DNA from: Oscillospiraceae bacterium
GTDB taxonomy: Bacteria > Bacillota > Clostridia > Oscillospirales > CAG-382
Direction: 5' to 3'
Assembly (NCBI GenBank): GCA_015064895.1
Contig: SVRI01000001.1
Span: 202,787 to 266,786 of the forward strand
DNA length: 64,000 nt
This document shows positions 34,445 to 44,220 of this stretch, piece by piece (within the stretch, counting starts at the first letter, position 1; every line of letters begins with the position of its first letter). The notes beneath the pieces were generated by a model. It did not search any database. It had not been told where the DNA came from and saw only the letters and a program-made list of their open reading frames with translations. Both the position numbers and the translations under genes were made by a program.

Positions 34445-34451
34445 CATTTTA

Positions 34452-35432
34452 TCAAATAAGCAAAACCAAAAATACAACGGCAACAATAATCCACAAGCCT
34501 GCAGAAATCGAAAGGGCGTACCAGTATTTTGGTTTTCCGAACTTTTTAACATGCGGGAACACAAGTCCTATTACAAGGAAAACGAGCGGAAAAACAAATC
34601 CGAGGACAATGATTCCTATGTAGAATACCGGCGTAAGAGAAAGTGCTTTTTCCTCGTCATAGTAAATGCCGCTGTCTTCCCATGAGTAGACTGGTTGTAT
34701 TGTTTCGGCTTTGTCGAGACATGCTTGAATATACTCTGTTGTATCGCTGTCAAGCTCCAGCATGTCTACATATCCTTTTCTGTACGAAAAGTTTCCGCCA
34801 GCATCAAAATACTGATTTCCGAGACTGTCGTAGTCGATATAGAACAACTTGCCTGTTGAAGGATTTTTATATATTCCGCCCATGGTATAGGTGAAGAAAT
34901 ACAGTTCGTCATGCTTGGTTATCTCGTGGAATTGCCAGGTAACAAGCTCCTGCACATTGATGCTTACGGATTCTTTTGTATGTGCATAGTCATCCTGAAG
35001 TGCAGATAATATATCCTCGTCAAAGTCACCGGCGTTGTAGTATTCGTCCCAAAGTAAGTACTTTACGTTATTGCCGTTTATAAAACCGTCAAGCACTTTT
35101 TTACCTTGCTCGGTAACATATACTTTTTCGGGATTGAAATAATCGTCGAGAAGGACAATATGTCCGCCTTTTTCATAAGAACGCACTTCATATCTCGTAT
35201 CGTCAATTATTAAACGATTTTGGTATTGAAAGGTATTTGCCACGCGTTCTGTATGATAATTGAAATTTGTCATATAGAATTCGTATGTGTTCTCACCGTC
35301 GGACAGGGTGTTGCCGTCCTCTGAAAGAGTCCATTCCACAAATTCGGTGCCGGCAAATACAGGGATGCATATAAATATCGATGTAAGTACTGTTATGACA
35401 GCAATTGACAAAAGCTTAGAAAATTTCTTCAT
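34452..35432 (-). CDS. hypothetical exported/membrane protein (last gene of the GntR-ABC operon)
   Basis: 326 aa; signal/anchor MKKFSKLLSIAVITVLTSIFICIPVFA, two or three C-terminal TMs; AAGGAGG RBS; no family recognised. Confidence 0.6.
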   Translation of the reverse strand: MKKFSKLLSIAVITVLTSIFICIPVFAGTEFVEWTLSEDGNTLSDGENTYEFYMTNFNYHTERVANTFQYQNRLIIDDTRYEVRSYEKGGHIVLLDDYFNPEKVYVTEQGKKVLDGFINGNNVKYLLWDEYYNAGDFDEDILSALQDDYAHTKESVSINVQELVTWQFHEITKHDELYFFTYTMGGIYKNPSTGKLFYIDYDSLGNQYFDAGGNFSYRKGYVDMLELDSDTTEYIQACLDKAETIQPVYSWEDSGIYYDEEKALSLTPVFYIGIIVLGFVFPLVFLVIGLVFPHVKKFGKPKYWYALSISAGLWIIVAVVFLVLLI

Positions 35433-35447
35433 AATATATGCACCTCC

Positions 35448-36317
35448 TTATGCAAGATTGAGCTTTCGCTCGAGAAGATTACGTGTTGCAAAGTAAACTG
35501 TAAGACTCATTGTGATAACTGCAATAATCAAACCGAACAACACAAGGGCAAGCAGCACCTGTGAACGTTCCAGCGACAGGTTCTGAAGAACTTCGATGGT
35601 TCCACCGCTGAAGAATATCTGTATACAAAGAGTGAGAAGACGGGTAAGAACAGAAAGTGCCGTGTTTATTCCGAAATAGATACCCAATGATGCAAGAACC
35701 TTGAGTCTTTTTGCAATAACAGATCCCATGGTAATACAGAATTGAACCAACACCAAGTTAAAGAACCATATGGCAGCCAGGAACAAAACACCTTCAACGA
35801 GATAGAGGATAATCCATCCCAGCCAGCCTTCCTCTTTTAAATCGCCTATTATTCTTATGATAGTTTCGTATACAACAGGATTTATTATCTGTCCCGATTC
35901 TTCGGAAGGCGGGACAACAAGTGCAAGAAGTGCAAGACATATTGCAATGACGGCAAAGTACATTAAGCTGAAAAGAGATACGCTGACAGTCTTTGATAAA
36001 AGTATTGTCGAACGCTTGGCGGGAAGCGTAAAGGTAAGATATCCTTCGTCTGTGTACAGATGCTTGTAGAATCTTATAAATAAAGGAATCAGAAGCCCGT
36101 ACATGGAGTATGCAATAAGCATAATATAAAGAAATGCCACAAAAAACAGAATTGTTGAGTATATCGGGAAAACACTGCGATTGTCTCTTTCTATGTATTC
36201 AACACAGAATCTCATCAGAAATGCTGCTATAACCGTTGCCGCCGAAATTATAATCGACACTATCCACCACGTGCGGCGGCCGGCTTTCATATCATATTTT
36301 AATAATTTTGAGTACAT
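35448..36317 (-). CDS. ABC transporter permease-like membrane protein
   Basis: 289 aa, about 6 hydrophobic segments; overlaps the upstream ATPase gene by 19 nt. Confidence 0.6.
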   Translation of the reverse strand: MYSKLLKYDMKAGRRTWWIVSIIISAATVIAAFLMRFCVEYIERDNRSVFPIYSTILFFVAFLYIMLIAYSMYGLLIPLFIRFYKHLYTDEGYLTFTLPAKRSTILLSKTVSVSLFSLMYFAVIAICLALLALVVPPSEESGQIINPVVYETIIRIIGDLKEEGWLGWIILYLVEGVLFLAAIWFFNLVLVQFCITMGSVIAKRLKVLASLGIYFGINTALSVLTRLLTLCIQIFFSGGTIEVLQNLSLERSQVLLALVLFGLIIAVITMSLTVYFATRNLLERKLNLA

Positions 36318-37018
36318 TTGAACACCTCCTTGAATATTTCATCAAGCGACTTGCCGTATTCCTCACGGACTTCATCCGCAACACCCGAAAGCTTAATTTC
36401 ACCGTTATATCCCATAAAGAAGAAGTTGTCGAGTATGGGCTCTATGTCATAAAGAAGATGTGTTGTTATGACAACGGTGGCTTCGGGGTTGTAGTTTCCG
36501 ATAATTGTCTGAAGAATGTAGTCTCTTGCCGCGGGATCTACACCTGCAATGGGCTCGTCAAGAAAATATATTTTTGCCCGTCTTGCCATTACCATTACAA
36601 GCTGTACCTTTTCCTTTGTACCCTTTGAAAGAGCTCGGAGCTTTGCATCGGGGTCTATGCCAAGATCTGCAAGCATCTTTCTTGCAAGGGCCTCGTCAAA
36701 GTCGGAGTAAAAGTCCGAGAAATATGATAAAAGCTCGTTTACCTTCATCCAGGAGCTGAAATAAGTTCTTTCGGGAAGATAGGAAATAAGTGAATTTGAT
36801 TCTTCACTTCTTTCTTTGCCGCAGATGTAAATTTTACCGCTGTCGGCTGAAAGAAGACCGCACGCAAGCTTTATAAGAGTGGATTTCCCGCATCCGTTCG
36901 GTCCGAGAAGTCCCACGATTTTTCCCGCAGGAAATTCAATGTTCAGATCTTTAAGCACAAGAACACCTTTTTTGTAGCTTTTGCATAGGTCTGTACATTT
37001 AAAAACTATGTCATTCAT
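36299..37018 (-). CDS. ABC transporter ATP-binding protein
   Basis: Walker A GPNGCGKST, signature LSKGTKEKV, Walker B IYFLDEP. Confidence 0.9.
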   Translation of the reverse strand: MNDIVFKCTDLCKSYKKGVLVLKDLNIEFPAGKIVGLLGPNGCGKSTLIKLACGLLSADSGKIYICGKERSEESNSLISYLPERTYFSSWMKVNELLSYFSDFYSDFDEALARKMLADLGIDPDAKLRALSKGTKEKVQLVMVMARRAKIYFLDEPIAGVDPAARDYILQTIIGNYNPEATVVITTHLLYDIEPILDNFFFMGYNGEIKLSGVADEVREEYGKSLDEIFKEVFKCTQNY

Positions 37019-37377
37019 ATGTTGTCCGCCTTTCTGATGTAGTTTATGAGTTCATCTTTTGATATGCCCGATTCCTTTGCCCTTGCAATAAGGTCATCCA
37101 TACAGCTTTTTTTCATCTTTTCTCTTGCTTCTTTCAAAATTTCACCGTCGGATGTTACAAATCTTCCGATTGTACCCTTGGAGTACAAAAGACCTTCGTC
37201 TTCGAGAAACGACAGAGATTTCTGCATGGTATTGGGGTTTACCGATGCTTCAAAGGCAAGCTGACGTACAGCGGGTATTTGTTCGTCGGGCTTGTATTTG
37301 CCGTTCAGAATGTCGCACCGCAGACGGTTTGCTATCTGCAAAAACACCGGCTCTCTCGAGTTAAAGTTCCACGCCAT
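37015..37377 (-). CDS. GntR family transcriptional regulator, YtrA subfamily
   Basis: MAWNFNSREPVFLQIANRLRCDILNGKYKPDEQIPAVRQLAFEASVNPNTMQKSLSFLEDEGLL; short C-terminal domain; AAGGAGG 7 nt before ATG 37377. Confidence 0.85.
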   Translation of the reverse strand: MAWNFNSREPVFLQIANRLRCDILNGKYKPDEQIPAVRQLAFEASVNPNTMQKSLSFLEDEGLLYSKGTIGRFVTSDGEILKEAREKMKKSCMDDLIARAKESGISKDELINYIRKADNI

Positions 37378-37390
37378 TTGCATCCTCCTT

Positions 37391-37439
37391 TGTATTATTG
37401 TACTAACACAATGATACAACATCGTGTTGCATTTGTCAA
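37391..37439 (-). promoter_or_regulatory. promoter of the GntR-ABC operon with an overlapping inverted-repeat operator
   Basis: Minus strand TTGACA (37439-37434), 17 nt, TATCAT (37416-37411). Inverted repeat TGTATCATTGT-N6-ACAATAATACA (37418-37391) overlaps the -10. Confidence 0.55.
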
Positions 37440-37652
37440 TACCTTTATAAAAAAATATGGAATTTTCTTTATACGATGCCAAAAAATATTTATGACAAAA
37501 TCTGTCTCATTTTCTTTTATTCCTGTCGGGAATGTTTTATGAACATTTGATATAATGATGAACTCCGGTGAAATCTGCCGAAAAACGGCAGGTGAAATCA
37601 CTACGTGGTGAAATATTGCTTCGCAATATGAAATATCCGCTTAAAGCGAAAG

Positions 37653-37691
37653 ACGGAATCCGTTCCTGAAGGAACGGATTCCGTTTTGTTT
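37653..37691 (+). terminator. orphan plus-strand intrinsic terminator in a gene-free region
   Basis: Perfect 14-bp stem ACGGAATCCGTTCC-TGAA-GGAACGGATTCCGT followed by TTTGTTT; no plus-strand gene upstream. Confidence 0.6.
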
Positions 37692-37753
37692 AAACTTATT
37701 TTATCATTTGCCAAAGGCGAATATTTCATCCATTCTTGGGAATGGATTTCATT

Positions 37754-37788
37754 GCGTGTTATCCCTATGGATAGCACGCTTTTGGTTT
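37754..37788 (+). terminator. second orphan plus-strand terminator-like hairpin
   Basis: GCGTGTTATCC-CTAT-GGATAGCACGC followed by TTTTGGTTT. Confidence 0.5.
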
Positions 37789-37797
37789 GCCTTTTTG

Positions 37798-39015
37798 TTA
37801 TTCTTTTTCCAATGTGAATACATCCTTGACAGGAGGTATATACGAGTGTGTTCTTCCCTGGATAAAGTCAATCTTTTTCGGAGAGTTTACATTGTTGTAA
37901 AGTGCCGTAATACCGGAAGGCGGACAGGTGTAGTCACCGAGACCTGCTTCTATGTAAACGGGACACTTCAGGTGCTTTGCGGCAATTGCAGTGTCAAAAT
38001 AACGAAGTCCTGCATCAGGCTCGGGTCTCCAGCCTCTGATTCTCTTTTCTTTTTCTATGGCAAACAAATCGCAGAACCAGGGAACTATTAACTCGCACTT
38101 TGAATTTGCGGCATAGTCGGTGTGAACTGCCATATTGCACGCCTGGAATGCACCCTGACTGCCGCCGGCAAAGATAAATTGACCGTTGGATTTTTCGTGA
38201 TTCTTGAAGTAGTTGAAAATCTGAAAATCTCTTATATACATCTTTTTATAGTATGTAGTGTCAGGGTTTTGATTTTCTTCTCTGCTGAATCCGTGGTCCT
38301 TGTATTTCGGAGAAGCAAGAAGCTCATCATAATAGCTCTGCTCTCTGAAGTTTTCAATATCGTGAGCATTTGCAAAAACGAGTATTCTGTCGGGAAAATG
38401 CTCAAGCCATACCGAGGTTACTGCATATCCGATGTAATGGAACTGAATGGGAAGACTTTTGTCCTTTGCGTTTTCGGGACATATTACAATACACGAAGCA
38501 TAGTCGCCTGCGGTGGATTTTAAGTGATATTCCTTGCCGATAAAGCCTTCATTTACTTTGAGCTCTTTTTCAAATATGATTTCGGGCTTTATTTCGGCGG
38601 CCTCTTTCTTAACTCTGTCCCAAAATTCAAAATAGTCGTCGGGTTCGTCTGTCTCACACTTTATTCTGTCAATGTCAGCACCAGCACCGCCTTCAAAAAG
38701 GGGCATATCTTCAATAATATTCTTTTCTTCATCGCAAGGTGATGCCACAACCCTTAAATAACCGTCACGGGAAAGACTTGTTTCAAAGGTGAATACACCG
38801 TCTTTGTCGGGTTCAAGGAAGAAGCTGTCATTTCTTCCGTCATCGCCTTCAACCGATACTTTTGCATAAGGAAGCGATACCGCCTTGCCGTCTGCAAAGA
38901 AAGTCAGCGTAAAAATCATTGTTTCATTTACAGCGTAGGTGAGGGGATTTTTGTCTGTTTTTCCTTGAAAGAAGAATTCCTTCTTATCTTTGAGAGATTC
39001 TTTTATGTTTTTCAT
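37798..39015 (-). CDS. acetyl xylan esterase / cephalosporin-C deacetylase-like (CE7) protein
   Basis: 405 aa; GGSQGA nucleophile motif in an alpha/beta-hydrolase context with an N-terminal beta-rich extension. Confidence 0.6.
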   Translation of the reverse strand: MKNIKESLKDKKEFFFQGKTDKNPLTYAVNETMIFTLTFFADGKAVSLPYAKVSVEGDDGRNDSFFLEPDKDGVFTFETSLSRDGYLRVVASPCDEEKNIIEDMPLFEGGAGADIDRIKCETDEPDDYFEFWDRVKKEAAEIKPEIIFEKELKVNEGFIGKEYHLKSTAGDYASCIVICPENAKDKSLPIQFHYIGYAVTSVWLEHFPDRILVFANAHDIENFREQSYYDELLASPKYKDHGFSREENQNPDTTYYKKMYIRDFQIFNYFKNHEKSNGQFIFAGGSQGAFQACNMAVHTDYAANSKCELIVPWFCDLFAIEKEKRIRGWRPEPDAGLRYFDTAIAAKHLKCPVYIEAGLGDYTCPPSGITALYNNVNSPKKIDFIQGRTHSYIPPVKDVFTLEKE

Positions 39016-39075
39016 GTTTTTATTCCTTATTAATTCGTTGAAGCTTCTTGTGATATAGGTGAATTTACTACTCGG

Positions 39076-40242
39076 TTAAATATCAGCACCGTTCTGTCTT
39101 AAATGGTCAAGCAGTTCGTTGTAGTCAAGCTCCATAAGCCCAACCTTTTCATCGGCGGCACCGTAGGATAGGAAAAGCTTGTTTCCGAGTTTTACCATGC
39201 CCGTTACAAATACGCAAGGAATTGTAAAGCTGCCCGGCATTTCCCAGTCTTCGGCAACTGTTATGAGTCTTTCGTCTACGTGGTATATAAGCTCGGGAAA
39301 ATCGTTTTCTCTGTCACGGAACACTAAAAAGTTCTGAGTGTATCCCACTTCATCATTCTGCTTTCCATGGTAGCATACCAACCAGTGCTTATCGTCAATC
39401 TTAAGCGGCGGAGCACTTGCGCCGATTCGGTCTGCTTCCCATTCAAATTGGGGCTCCAAAATAAGCACCTTCTTGTTTTCGGGCTTTGCAAATTCATAGA
39501 AGGTCTCGGCCGCGGAAAATACCATTGAGGGCTTTTTTGCAGTAAGGAAGGGATTTCTGAAGGGTTCAACGGGTCTTTCCATCATAACATACTGAAGCTT
39601 TCCGTCAATCATCTTTCTTTCGGGCAGGAACACAATATCTCTGTTCTGACCGAAGTCGGGATTTGAAAGGTGTGTAAGATAGAAAAACGCATTTTCGTAG
39701 TCACGTCTTATAAGTGCTTCGAGGTCAACCTCATAAAGCACCGTAACAGTGGGATTATCCTTTGCGGATTTGCCGAAGGGGTTGTTTTCATTGTGTGCCC
39801 ATTCGGGAACCATTCTTACAAGGCTGTTGTCCCACCAAAGGTTACCCATGGGGAAAAGTCTGCATGCAACCGTAAGGTAGCACTTGTCCTCTATCATAAA
39901 GAGTCTCGGGTCTTCGATACTTCCGTTTGCAAAGTTTGCAACCTTTTCGCCGTATTTGTTTGTGATGTAAACCTTGTCAATATCAAGCTCGCATTCGGGA
40001 TAAAGTGCAGGTCGGGAATAGTCAAACTCCCAGGTTTCACCACCGTCTGTGCTGAAGCCATAGCCGAGTGCAATGGGATAAATTGCATCGGGGTCGTCCC
40101 ATGCCTTGCCTTCACTTCCGTTTGAACGGAAAAGCATAATCATTTTATCCTTGTACTCGAGAATTGCAGGGTTAAGGGCTGCAATATCCATCCAGGGTGC
40201 ATTTTTTGTAGGGCCTAAAAGCTGTCTTCTTCTGATGTTCAT
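39076..40242 (-). CDS. GH130 family glycosidase/phosphorylase-like protein
   Basis: NPAILEY, IEDPRLF, YHG and SYGAADEKVG motifs recalled from GH130. The ORF-track GTG 40251 lies in the SD AGGAGTG, so I use ATG 40242. Confidence 0.65.
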   Translation of the reverse strand: MNIRRRQLLGPTKNAPWMDIAALNPAILEYKDKMIMLFRSNGSEGKAWDDPDAIYPIALGYGFSTDGGETWEFDYSRPALYPECELDIDKVYITNKYGEKVANFANGSIEDPRLFMIEDKCYLTVACRLFPMGNLWWDNSLVRMVPEWAHNENNPFGKSAKDNPTVTVLYEVDLEALIRRDYENAFFYLTHLSNPDFGQNRDIVFLPERKMIDGKLQYVMMERPVEPFRNPFLTAKKPSMVFSAAETFYEFAKPENKKVLILEPQFEWEADRIGASAPPLKIDDKHWLVCYHGKQNDEVGYTQNFLVFRDRENDFPELIYHVDERLITVAEDWEMPGSFTIPCVFVTGMVKLGNKLFLSYGAADEKVGLMELDYNELLDHLRQNGADI

Positions 40243-40474
40243 TCGGGTCACTCCTTATACTTTTATATGTCAATTATACTTATAACAGCAAATTTCAACA
40301 GACATAAATTTATTCCTTTGCGACATTTTTTTCTGTTTTCTGTATAATCTGAAAAGCCGTGAAGTATGAATCTACCCAAGTTTACGTCTTTTATCCTTAT
40401 GCTCCTGTCTTGTGTTTTTTGAAAAAATAACATAATGGTATCAAAGGTCGCCTGCTTTTTCTGTCAAAATCCCC

Positions 40475-40503
40475 TTGTATTTTTCCTTTCCCTGTGGTAA
40501 AAT
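40475..40503 (+). promoter_or_regulatory. candidate sigma-A promoter of mfd
   Basis: TTGTAT, 17 nt, TAAAAT with TGG extended -10. Confidence 0.5.
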
Positions 40504-40520
40504 AAATACTGAAGATGCGT

Positions 40521-40620
40521 GAGTGAAATACCTATTCACTCTTACCTCTTACTTCTTACCTGCAAAGGCTCTGCCTTTGCCCATACCCCCACGGACACCA
40601 AAAGTGTCCGCAATTTCACG
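40521..40620. repeat. family-1-like modules inside the mfd leader
   Basis: GAGTGAA..TTCACTC hairpin; heptamers CTCTTAC, CTCTTAC, TTCTTAC (40539-40559); GCAAAGGC-TCT-GCCTTTGC (40562-40580); CGGACAC-CAAAA-GTGTCCG (40592-40610); CAATTTCACG (40611-40620). Confidence 0.7.
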
Positions 40621-40635
40621 TGCAGGAGAATCTTT

Positions 40636-43600
40636 ATGAAAACACCCATTCAGATGGTAAAATCCTTAAACGAATACAAAGAAATACATTCACTCCTTTC
40701 GAGATTCAAAAGGATGGGCGACAGATACAGTCAGGGTGTCTGCTACCTTACGGGGCTTTCCGAGGGACTTCGTGACGTGCTGTGTGCTTCGCTGATTTAC
40801 GACAGGGAGGACTTCTCAAAAGAACGTGAGTGTGCTCTTGTTATCTGCCCTGAGGAAAAAACGGCGTATTCGGCAAAGTCTGCCTTTTGTGCAATGGGAC
40901 TTGCCACAGAGGTTTTCCCCATACGAGACTACAATTTTTACAACATAAACGCCACAAGCCACGAGTGGGAATATGAGAGGCTGAGGGTGCTGAGACTTGT
41001 AATGTCGGGCTCGCTCGACGCAGTTATTGCCGTACCCGAAGCGGCACTCGGCGTGCTTTCGCCTGCCGACGGAATGACGTGCGGAAAAACACTTAAAACA
41101 GGCGACGAAATGAGTATGGACAGCCTTTGCGAAACCCTTATGTCCTACGGCTATTCAAGGTGCGATGCCGTTGAAGGTCAGGGGCAGTTTGCAAGCAGGG
41201 GAGATATTCTCGATGTGTTTGTGCCCGACTATGAAAACCCCGTTAGACTTGAATTTTTCGGCGACGAAATTGATGCCATGGGCTATTTTGACGTTATGAC
41301 ACAAAGACGGGTGGAAAATGCTGCCGCCATTTCGGTAACTCCCATACGTGAGCAGATGCCCGATTCCGAGGCTCTTACGAGAATATCCGAGAGAATTGAA
41401 AAACTGCTTTCTTTGGCAAAGAAAAAGAAAAATACCGAGGCACTTGAACGTCTTGAAAAGGAAAAAAGAGACCTTGAAAACGGTACTTTGTCAAATCTGG
41501 ACAAATATCTGCCATTGATGTATAACTCCTTTTCCTGTCTTTTTGACTATGCAAAAGGACCGTGTTTTGTCTGCGACTACCCGAGGGTAAAGGACAGGCT
41601 TAATGCGTATCTCTGGCAACTTAATGAAGACCTTGTTGCCCTTGCGGAAAGCGGTGATGCCGACATTAAGGATGCCGTATTCTGCCTTGATACCGAGGGA
41701 CTTAAAACCAAGCTTATGTCACGTCCATGTGTAGCGACAGACAACTTTTCATCAACCCCCGATATTGACCTTTCGGGCTACTTTGAGATTGCGTCAAAGC
41801 ATACCTCAATGCTTGTTACAAATCCTGAGGTCCTAAGTGAGGACCTGCAAGGGTATGTAAAGGCGGGCTACAGAATCTTAATGGCTGTGGGCGGTGTTAT
41901 GCAGGGTGCCGACATTGAAAATATACTGCGTGACAGAAACGTGCCCTGCGTTGTTGCCGAAAGAATAGTTTTTGACGAAATGCAAAAGGGTTTTGTCTAC
42001 ATCACGCCTTTTGAAAAGGCGGAAAACTTGCGCGGCTTTGACTGTCCCAAGGCGAGATTTGTGCTTTTGTGCGACGGACAGAGTGACGAGGGCAGAAGCA
42101 AAAAGGCGAGTGTCGGAAAATTAAAGACAAGCAAAAGCGGGGCAAAAAACAGGCTGACAAGCTATCTCGATTTGACGGTCGGCGACTTTGTTGTTCACGA
42201 TGTTCACGGCATAGGCATATATGAGGGCATAAAAACTCTGACTGTCGGCGGCATAACAAGGGATTATATAACCCTTAAATATCAGGGAAGCGACTCTTTG
42301 TATGTTCCCTGTGACCAGCTTGACAAGGTGTCAAAGTTCTCGGGAAAAAGTGAGGGCGTCAGGGTATCAAAGCTGGGTTCGGGTGACTGGACAAAGACCA
42401 AGGCAAGGGTAAAGAAGGCGGCGAAGGACATAGCAAAAGAGCTTATCTCGCTTTATGCCGAAAGAACAAGACGCCCCGGATATGCTTTCGGTGTTGATAC
42501 CGACTGGCAGAGGGAATTTGAGGAGCGTTTTGAGTACGAGGAGACTGACGGTCAGCTTGAGGCAATAAAAGAGATTAAAGAGGATATGGAAAGGCCGTGT
42601 CCCATGGACAGACTTCTTTGCGGCGACGTAGGCTTTGGAAAGACAGAGGTTGCCCTCAGAGCTGCATTCAAGGCGGTAATGGACGGCAAGCAGGTGGCAA
42701 TTCTCGTTCCCACCACCGTTCTTTGCTGGCAGCATTACAGAACAATTATTTCCCGTATGCACGGTTATCCCATAAAGATTGAAATGCTCTCACGCTACAC
42801 CCAGAGCAAGGCAAAGAAGATTTGCGAAAGGTTGAAAATAGGTGACGTTGATATTGTTGTCGGCACACACAAATTACTTGCCAAGGGTGTTGAATTTAAG
42901 GATCTGGGACTTTTAATTGTCGACGAAGAGCAACGCTTTGGCGTTACCCACAAGGAACGCCTTAAAGAAATGTCAAAGCAGGTGGACGTTCTGACGCTGT
43001 CTGCAACACCCATTCCCAGAACCTTCAATATGGCACTTGTGGGCATACGTGACATGTCTGTCCTTGAGGAAGCACCTGTTGACAGGCATCCTGTTCAGAC
43101 ATATGTGCTTGAGCATGATATGTCGGTAATCGGCGAGGCTATAAAGAAAGAACTGAGACGTGCAGGTCAGGTATTCTATCTTCACAACAAGGTGGAGGAC
43201 ATTGACGAGGTGGCGGCAAAAATTCACGCCATTGTCCCGGATGCTGTCGTTGCCGTTGCCCACGGAAAAATGAGTCAGGAGCAGTTATCCGAAGCCTGGA
43301 AGGATGTTGTTGAGGGCAAGACGGACGTGCTTGTCTGCACCACCATCATCGAAACGGGTGTTGATGTTCCCAATGCCAATACCCTTATTATAGAAGATGC
43401 CGACAGACTCGGTCTTTCCCAGCTTCATCAGCTAAGGGGACGTGTGGGACGTTCATCCCGACGTGCCTATGCATATTTTACATGGAGACGTGACAGAAGC
43501 ATAAACGAAACGGCTGTAAAACGTCTTACGGCAATACGTGAATTTACCGAATTTGGCTCGGGTTTCAAAATTGCCATGCGTGATTTGGAAATCAGAGGTG

Positions 43601-44163
43601 CGGGAAACCTCCTGGGTGCCGAACAGTCGGGACACATGGAAAGTGTCGGCTACGACATGTTTATAAAAATTCTTGAGCAGGCAGTCCTTGAGGAAAAGGG
43701 CGAGGCTTTACCGGAAATCACCGAATGTACGGTGGATTTGAAGGTTAATGCCTTCATTCCCGAAAAGTACATTAAACGTCCCTCCGACAGAATTGAAATG
43801 TACAAGAGAATTGCGGCAATAAAGGACAGCGAGGATGCCGACGATGTAAAGGATGAGCTTCTTGACCGTTACGGCGACATACCTAAGGAGACAAATGCTC
43901 TTATCAACATTGCTCTCATACGCCGAAGATGCGAAAAAATCGGTATAGTCAAGATTGAAGAAAGACAGGGCGTTCTTGCCATTTACCCGAAAGAAGCACC
44001 GACAAGGGAAATTGCAACGGGATTTGTGTCAAAGTTTGCAGGACGTGTGCTTATTTCGATGGGCAAAGACCCTTGCTTCAACATTAAAATGAAGGCAGGA
44101 GAAAGTGTAACTCCGCTTCTTGCCGAAATATTTAAGATTTATTCATACAACCAAGGTGAATGA
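40636..44163 (+). CDS. mfd: transcription-repair coupling factor
   Basis: Roughly 1175 aa; CarD/RID region, DEEQRFGV helicase motif II, TRCF C-terminal domain; AGGAGA RBS before ATG 40636. The ORF-track extension translates the repeat. Confidence 0.95.
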   Translation: MKTPIQMVKSLNEYKEIHSLLSRFKRMGDRYSQGVCYLTGLSEGLRDVLCASLIYDREDFSKERECALVICPEEKTAYSAKSAFCAMGLATEVFPIRDYNFYNINATSHEWEYERLRVLRLVMSGSLDAVIAVPEAALGVLSPADGMTCGKTLKTGDEMSMDSLCETLMSYGYSRCDAVEGQGQFASRGDILDVFVPDYENPVRLEFFGDEIDAMGYFDVMTQRRVENAAAISVTPIREQMPDSEALTRISERIEKLLSLAKKKKNTEALERLEKEKRDLENGTLSNLDKYLPLMYNSFSCLFDYAKGPCFVCDYPRVKDRLNAYLWQLNEDLVALAESGDADIKDAVFCLDTEGLKTKLMSRPCVATDNFSSTPDIDLSGYFEIASKHTSMLVTNPEVLSEDLQGYVKAGYRILMAVGGVMQGADIENILRDRNVPCVVAERIVFDEMQKGFVYITPFEKAENLRGFDCPKARFVLLCDGQSDEGRSKKASVGKLKTSKSGAKNRLTSYLDLTVGDFVVHDVHGIGIYEGIKTLTVGGITRDYITLKYQGSDSLYVPCDQLDKVSKFSGKSEGVRVSKLGSGDWTKTKARVKKAAKDIAKELISLYAERTRRPGYAFGVDTDWQREFEERFEYEETDGQLEAIKEIKEDMERPCPMDRLLCGDVGFGKTEVALRAAFKAVMDGKQVAILVPTTVLCWQHYRTIISRMHGYPIKIEMLSRYTQSKAKKICERLKIGDVDIVVGTHKLLAKGVEFKDLGLLIVDEEQRFGVTHKERLKEMSKQVDVLTLSATPIPRTFNMALVGIRDMSVLEEAPVDRHPVQTYVLEHDMSVIGEAIKKELRRAGQVFYLHNKVEDIDEVAAKIHAIVPDAVVAVAHGKMSQEQLSEAWKDVVEGKTDVLVCTTIIETGVDVPNANTLIIEDADRLGLSQLHQLRGRVGRSSRRAYAYFTWRRDRSINETAVKRLTAIREFTEFGSGFKIAMRDLEIRGAGNLLGAEQSGHMESVGYDMFIKILEQAVLEEKGEALPEITECTVDLKVNAFIPEKYIKRPSDRIEMYKRIAAIKDSEDADDVKDELLDRYGDIPKETNALINIALIRRRCEKIGIVKIEERQGVLAIYPKEAPTREIATGFVSKFAGRVLISMGKDPCFNIKMKAGESVTPLLAEIFKIYSYNQGE

Positions 44164-44220
44164 GTGATATAATAAATTGATATTTTATGAAGTCTTTGTC
44201 TTTTTTTGGAGGAGCTTTTG

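Noticed and set aside
37708-38091. 127-aa plus-strand ORF starting in the gene-free region and running antisense into the axe-like gene
   Set aside because: It has a TTG start with no RBS, a hydrophobic junk-like sequence, and lies mostly antisense to a supported CDS.
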